NCBI RefSeq assembly: GCF_006345805.1
Contig: NW_021826912.1
Location: forward strand, 1-11,685
Direction of reading: 5' to 3'
DNA: 11,685 nt
Source of the DNA: Octopus sinensis
Taxonomy: Eukaryota
The stretch's first letter is position 1. Every line of letters begins with the position of its first letter. The notes below the pieces were generated by a model that saw only the letters and a list, made by a program, of their open reading frames with translations, was not told the DNA's origin and ran no database searches. The position numbers and the translations under genes were made by a program. Of this stretch, positions 6,592-11,685 are shown one piece after another.

Positions 6592-7125
6592 CCTCTCCAA
6601 GAAAATGCCGCCTAATTTCTAAAAAAAAAATTTATGAAAATGGGAAATGTATCCAAAATGAATGGGCGTAACTTCGGTATAGGTACTTGAAGTACCGGAT
6701 TCATTTCAAGAAAGTGTTTTTTTTTTTAGGGTTTGTGTTAGGGGTGGGGGAAGGCTCCTTTTTTTTTTCAGAAATGTAAATAAACCCAATCTATTTCTTA
6801 AACGAGGGACATATTCATACGGCACAGAATGGGTTTTTTTTTAACCTCAATAGATGTCAGTGATCGGTTGAAATTACAGAAATTGAAGAAAACAAAGCCA
6901 CTTCCGGTACTTCCGGTACCTATACCGAAGGACCGCCAATAAATGAAGTAAGCAAAAAATTAGAAAAATTCCTGTATTTTTTAAATATTTTATACTTAAA
7001 AAACTAAACCCGGAAAACGCCCGTGAATATAAAAAACATGTTGGTCGATACAAGGGCGGTAACTTACTTTTACCAATCAGATATTGTTAATGATACGAGA
7101 GGCCCAACAATAACGTCTGCAAATT
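6592..7125 (+). repeat. Left arm of a ~250-bp inverted repeat (interrupted at about 6658-6940)
   Basis: 6592-6657 plus 6941-7125 match the reverse complement of 8282-8531. One hand-aligned 72-nt block gives 62/72 identity, mostly transitions. Confidence 0.85.
6665..6937. mobile_element. Small MITE with GGCG-terminal TIRs, carrying a captured fragment
   Basis: Perfect 15-bp inverted match CTTCGGTATAGGTAC (6672-6686 / 6916-6930), terminal GGCG/CGCC and a further imperfect extension inward. It is absent from the matching position of the right arm near 8465. TSD not resolved (AAT is possible). Confidence 0.7.
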
Positions 7126-7189
7126 CTTGATTGATTTTAATCAGATATTTTTACTGCGCACACTGGTTAGGGTTGGAGTTAGAGTTAGT

Positions 7190-8106
7190 CGATCTTTTCG
7201 GTTTGACCGGCAGTTTTTTTCTAGCGGTGTCATATGAAATTGTCACCCATAATTGTGATCCTAGTATCGATCTATTGCATTTCAATCTGTTTTAGGGTTA
7301 GGGTTAGAAGTGGGGGGAAGGGTATCTTTTTTTCTTCACAAATCTAAATAAACCCAATCTGTTTCTTAAACGAGGGACATATTCATACGGCACAGAATGC
7401 TTTCACCTCAATAGACGTCACTGATTGGTTGAAATTGCAGAAATTGAAAAAAAAAAACAACAAATATGTTACAAACTATAGAATTTTCTCAATAAAGCCA
7501 AGAGAAAAAGATGTTTTATAAACACATTCTACCAGTATACGAAGTTTAAAAGTGTTTAGTTACGTAGAAATTATTTTAAAAAACAGCACTTCAAACCGAA
7601 AAGATCCGTTTCTTAAACGAGGTACATATTCATATGGCACAGAATGTTTTCACCTCAATATACGTCATTGATTGGTTGAAATTACAGAAATTGAAGAAAA
7701 AACAACAACAAATATCTTACAAACTATAGAATTTTCACAATAAAGCCAAGAGAAAAAGATGTTTTATAAACACATTCTACCAGTATACGAAGTTTAAAAG
7801 TGTTTGGTTACGTGGAAATTATTTTTAAAAACTGCCTTTCAAACCGAAAAGATCCGTTTCTTAAACGAGGGACATATTCATATGGCACAGAATGTTTTCA
7901 CCTCAATAGACGTCATTGATTGGTTGAAATTGCAGAAATTGAAGAAAAAACAACAACATATATCTTACAAACTATAGAATTTTCTCAAAAAAGCCAAGAG
8001 AAAAAGATGTTTTATAAACACATTCTACCAGTATACGAAATTTAAAAGTGTTTAGTTACGTGGAAATTATTTTTAAGAAAAACTGCCGTTCTAACCGAAA
8101 TGATCC
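7190..8106 (+). mobile_element. GGATC-TIR MITE with three tandem copies of its right ~248 bp
   Basis: Left TIR (C)GATCTTTTCGGTTTGACCGGCAG at 7190. Right TIRs end at 7607, 7855 and 8106; units start GTTTCTTAAACGAG at 7361, 7608 and 7856. No clear TSD (5/8). Confidence 0.88.
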
Positions 8107-8281
8107 GAAATAATTATAAATCAATAGAGTAAATATGCTTAAGACGTATGCACGTTTTATAATTTTTATTTTTGCCTTCAGTTTACAGAGAAAAATTAAA
8201 CAAACACTCAGTGGCTATTTGTGTCCATAAGTTGAAAAACGGTTCATGACCATTCAAACGATTGGGAAAAGGTTTTCTTAC

Positions 8282-8531
8282 AATTGGCAGACGATATTGT
8301 CGGGCTCCTTGTATCATTAATAATATCTGACTGATAAAAGTAAGTTATCGCCCCTTGTCCGACAAGATTCTTTATATTCACGAGTGTCCATTTTTCGTGT
8401 TTTATTTTTTAGTATAAAATATTTAAAAATACATGAATCTTCCTAATTTTTTTGCATACTTCATTTGTTTTGGATATATTTCCTATTTTCTTAACTTCTT
8501 TTAAAAATTAGGCGGCATTTTCTTGGAGAGG
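8282..8531 (-). repeat. Right arm of the ~250-bp inverted repeat
   Basis: Reverse complement of the left arm, ending AATTAGGCGGCATTTTCTTGGAGAGG. Confidence 0.85.
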
Positions 8532-8550
8532 TACGCTTCTAAAGAAGCGT

Positions 8551-8620
8551 CATATACACATATATATGTGTGTTCATGTGTGTGTAATATATATATATAT
8601 ATATATATCCTATGTATATA

Positions 8621-8653
<33 letters not shown>

Positions 8654-8716
8654 CCTATATGTGTGTGTGTTCATGTGTGTATATATATAGATCCTATATA
8701 TATGTGTGTGTGTGTG
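8551..8716. repeat. Compound (TA)n/(TG)n microsatellite with higher-order repeats
   Basis: Alternating TA and TG runs punctuated by ATCCTAT three times and GTGTTCATGTG twice. Confidence 0.9.
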
Positions 8717-8912
8717 TCTTTGCCCACCCACCATCGCTTGACAACCGATGTTCGTGTGCTTACGACTCCGTAACTTAGCGGTTCGGCAAAAGAGGCCCAT
8801 AGAATATGTACTAGGCTTACAAAGAATAATTTCTTCGATTTTTTTTCCGATTAAAAGTACTCCAGTAAGGTACTCCAGTATAGCCGCAGTCGAATGACTG
8901 CAACAAAAGAAT
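8703..8912 (+). mobile_element. SINE family 2, 3' half, diverged
   Basis: GCTTGACAACCGATG...TAACTTAGCGGTTCGGCAAAAGAG...GCCGCAGTCGAATGACTG is homologous to 4270-4470. Confidence 0.85.
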
Positions 8913-8913
8913 T

Positions 8914-9047
8914 ATATACATATATGACGGGTTTCTTTCAGTTTCCCCTCTACCAAATACACTCACAAGGATTTGGTCAGCCCAAGACTATAGTAGAAGA
9001 CACTTGCCCAAGGTACCATGCAGTGGAACTGAACCCGGGACCACGTG
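8914..9047 (-). mobile_element. SINE family 2, 5' half (B-box and CORE-like part)
   Basis: Minus strand GGGTTCAGTTCCACTGCATGGTACCTTGGGCAAGTGTCTTC...GAAACTGAAAGAAACCCGTCATATA is homologous to 4130-4255. The A box is not present. Confidence 0.85.
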
Positions 9048-9220
9048 ACGGGGAACGAATGACAAAAACACACACACAAAAAAAGGTAGAATAAAACAAG
9101 CAGATAAAACTACCAGATAATAACTTCACATAATTTATTAACCAACTACATATGAACATCAAGGTCTTTCTTATTTTGTATATATATATATAATATATAT
9201 ATTATATATATATATATATA

Positions 9221-9615
9221 CTAGCAGTATCGCCCGGCGTTGCTCGGGTTTGTAAGGGAAATAACTATATAAAAGCATTTTAGAGATGTAAAGTATAATA
9301 GCCATCTCAATATGGCTAACCACAAAGGGGGGGGTGTTACTGTAGCTTTTTACGTTCTGAGATTTAATAATACATTTTTAGAGAGTTACTTCCCTTATAT
9401 AATAGCAAAAAAATGCATTAAAAAATGGGAAAAAATTATGGTAAATTTTTTTTTAATCGTAGACTCATCGTAGACACGCGCTAATACCCAGAAGGGCTCG
9501 ATATGAATCACGACTATAAGATACCCGCTTTTGGTTAAACTGCACCGCAAAATGTGGGAGTAAGGAATCTAAATCGTAGGAGACAGACACACAACTTCAC
9601 TTTTATATATAAAGA
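9221..9615 (-). mobile_element. Non-autonomous Helitron, complete (395 bp)
   Basis: Minus strand A|TC 5' end (9616|9615), subterminal hairpin CCCGAGCAACGCCGGG, CTAG|T 3' end (9221|9220); no TSD. Confidence 0.9.
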
Positions 9616-9945
9616 TATATATATACACACACACACACACAAACACGTCTACTATTGCTGCAACATTTTATAATCATTAATCAATGTAATATCACACACC
9701 CCACTTCTGTTCAGCCACCCCACATAACTTTTTTAATATTTACTGCGATGTAAAATTAACGAAGCGAATGCAATTTATCTCCCCTTTGATCACTGATGTC
9801 GTCTGACAAACGCCAAGTAAAATGGCGTGAATCTGCCAAGCTAACTCGAACTTCAAGAGCCAAACGAATGGCAGATTTTCAATCCGGAAACCATTCTCAT
9901 TCCAAAAACGTATTATACATTTATGTAGAGCCAATGTAGACTAAA

Positions 9946-10204
9946 GACTATAAGATACCCGGTTTTGGTTAAACTGCACCGCAAAATGTGGGAGTAGTTA
10001 GGAATCTAAATCGTAGGAGACAGACACACAAGCTTACTTTTATATATTTACTAGTAGTATCGCCCGGCGTTGCTCGGGTTTGTAAGGGAAATAACTATAT
10101 AAGCATTTTTAGAGAGTTATAGACAAAAAATAGCAAAAAAAAAATGCATTAAAAATGGAAAAAAAATTATGGTAAATTTTTTTTAAATCGTTGACTCATC
10201 GTAG
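9946..10204 (-). mobile_element. Permuted Helitron: 3' part (10051-10204) joined to 5' part (9946-10050)
   Basis: On the minus strand, the hairpin plus CTAG end at 10051 is followed directly by TAAATATATAAAAG and the 5' region of the same family. Confidence 0.85.
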
Positions 10205-10309
10205 CTAAAAAAGCTGAAATAGATCCACAAAAACGGCAAAAACCGCCACACAGGGCAGGTTTCCTGTGCAAACAATTTGCACAACCGAATGTTTTAGTTG
10301 TTGCACAAA

Positions 10310-10699
10310 TCTTTATATATAAAACTGTAGTTGTGTGTCTGTCTCCTACGATTTAGATTCCTAACTACTCCCACATTTTGCGGTGCAGTTTAACCAAAAC
10401 CGGGTATCTTATAGTCGTGATTCATATCGAGCCCTTCTGGGTATTAGCGCGCGTCTACGATGAGTCTACGATTAAAAAAAAAAATTACCATCATTTTTTC
10501 CATTTTAATGCATTTTTCGCTATTGTATAAGGGAAGTAACTCTCTAAAAATGTCTACGATGAGTCAACGATTAAAAAAAAAATTACCATTTTTTATTCCA
10601 TTTTTAATGCATTTTTTGCTATTTTTTTGCTATAACTCTAGAAATGCTTATATAGTTATTTCCCTTACAAACCCGAGCAACGCCGGGCGATACTGCTAG
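10310..10699 (+). mobile_element. Non-autonomous Helitron, complete (390 bp)
   Basis: A|TC start (10309|10310), hairpin CCCGAGCAACGCCGGG at 10672-10687, CTAG|T end (10699|10700). Internal direct repeat with period 99 bp (10453, 10552). Confidence 0.92.
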
Positions 10700-10968
10700 T
10701 AAAGATATATATCAACAAAATGGAACTTGGAAATTTGAATAAATATTTGGATGTCTGTCAGTATACACGTGTGCGCGACCTCCATTCTTTTCACATTAAA
10801 TTCCAATATATTCGCAATGTGCGCTATCTGAGAGATATTTGTGGAATATTTCCCTAAAAGATATCCATTTTTTCTGAAAGTTATGAGCAAACAGTTGAGT
10901 AGAGGGCACACCTGTGGGGGTCCGCTCAAAATATCCCCACAAACGCCAAAAACAAGGTGAAGATGACT

Positions 10969-11120
10969 CTGACTACATTCTTGTCTACAGGTGTATCTCG
11001 TGAACGCCTTCCGGCATCGGTCGCGGGTACGTCCACGCGTACGTGGGCCATACCGCGAGCTTAGGTTCGTTCTTTCGATTTCGGGCACGGTAGTTAGGCG
11101 CTAATCACCGCGAAAGGTTG
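10969..11120 (+). other. CpG-rich patch preceded by a candidate 3' splice site
   Basis: About 19 CpG in 10991-11120. CTGAC branch-like motif at 10969-10973 and TTCTTGTCTACAG|G at 10990; donor-like CGG|GTACGT at 11027. Confidence 0.3.
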
Positions 11121-11235
11121 AAAGAGACGGAACGTTATTTGAAACAAAAGTCTTGGAGAAAACCTTTCCGATATTGTGACATCAGCGATCGCTGGACTTG
11201 AGAAATTCTTGCATGAATTCGTACAAAGAAGCTTC

Positions 11236-11252
11236 ACTCACACGCACACAAT

Positions 11253-11298
<46 letters not shown>

Positions 11299-11685
11299 AC
11301 ACACACACACCACACCCTCGAACACACACACACGCACGCAAACACTCACACACACACACACACACGCTCACACACACGCTCACACACATACTCGCACACG
11401 CTCACGCACACCTCGCCACATACAGACATACGCACGCTCACGCCCACACACGCTCACGCACACCACCCGCTCACGCACACACACGCTCACGCACACACAC
11501 GCTCACCACCACACGCTCACACACACACACGCTCACACACGCTCACACACACACACACGCTCACACACACACACGCTCACCACACACACGCACACACGCT
11601 CACACACACACTCACACACACACACGCACACACGCTCACACGCACACACGCTCACACACACACACGCTCACACACACACACACAC
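11236..11685. repeat. Long degenerate (CA)n microsatellite with recurrent CGCT interruptions
   Basis: CA runs; the distal half is dominated by CACACGCT-type units. It continues to the window end. Confidence 0.95.

Noticed and set aside
9351-9361. TACGTTCTGAG shared between a Helitron interior and SINE family 1
   Set aside because: Only 11 bp with no flanking similarity, too short to claim capture.
10696-11088. 130-aa minus-strand ORF
   Set aside because: No recognisable family; it runs from the CpG patch through AT-rich DNA into a Helitron end and is probably a chance ORF.

Overview
AT-rich eukaryotic non-coding DNA made almost entirely of transposable elements and microsatellites. The repeat families look like those of octopus/cephalopod genomes; this is recognition from memory, not a database result. 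No intact protein-coding gene is supported. Contents: five copies of one tRNA-type SINE (family 1); pieces of a second, CORE-like SINE (family 2); a 5'-truncated L1/Tx1-type LINE 3' end; an internally deleted Tc1; three copies of a GGATC-terminated MITE (one with an exact 8-bp TSD); a small MITE carrying captured sequence; long inverted arms; three non-autonomous Helitron pieces; and a candidate promoter/first exon at about 2220-2340. Highlights: (1) a complete minimal type I hammerhead ribozyme (minus strand, 6016-6053) inside a 198-bp inverted-repeat element inserted in the (TA)n tract of a SINE, i.e. a Penelope/retrozyme-like element; (2) SINE family 1 shares its 3' tail with the L1/Tx1-type LINE and hit the same GGTAT site in that LINE twice; (3) all three GGATC MITE copies carry extra copies of the same terminus; (4) a circularly permuted Helitron.
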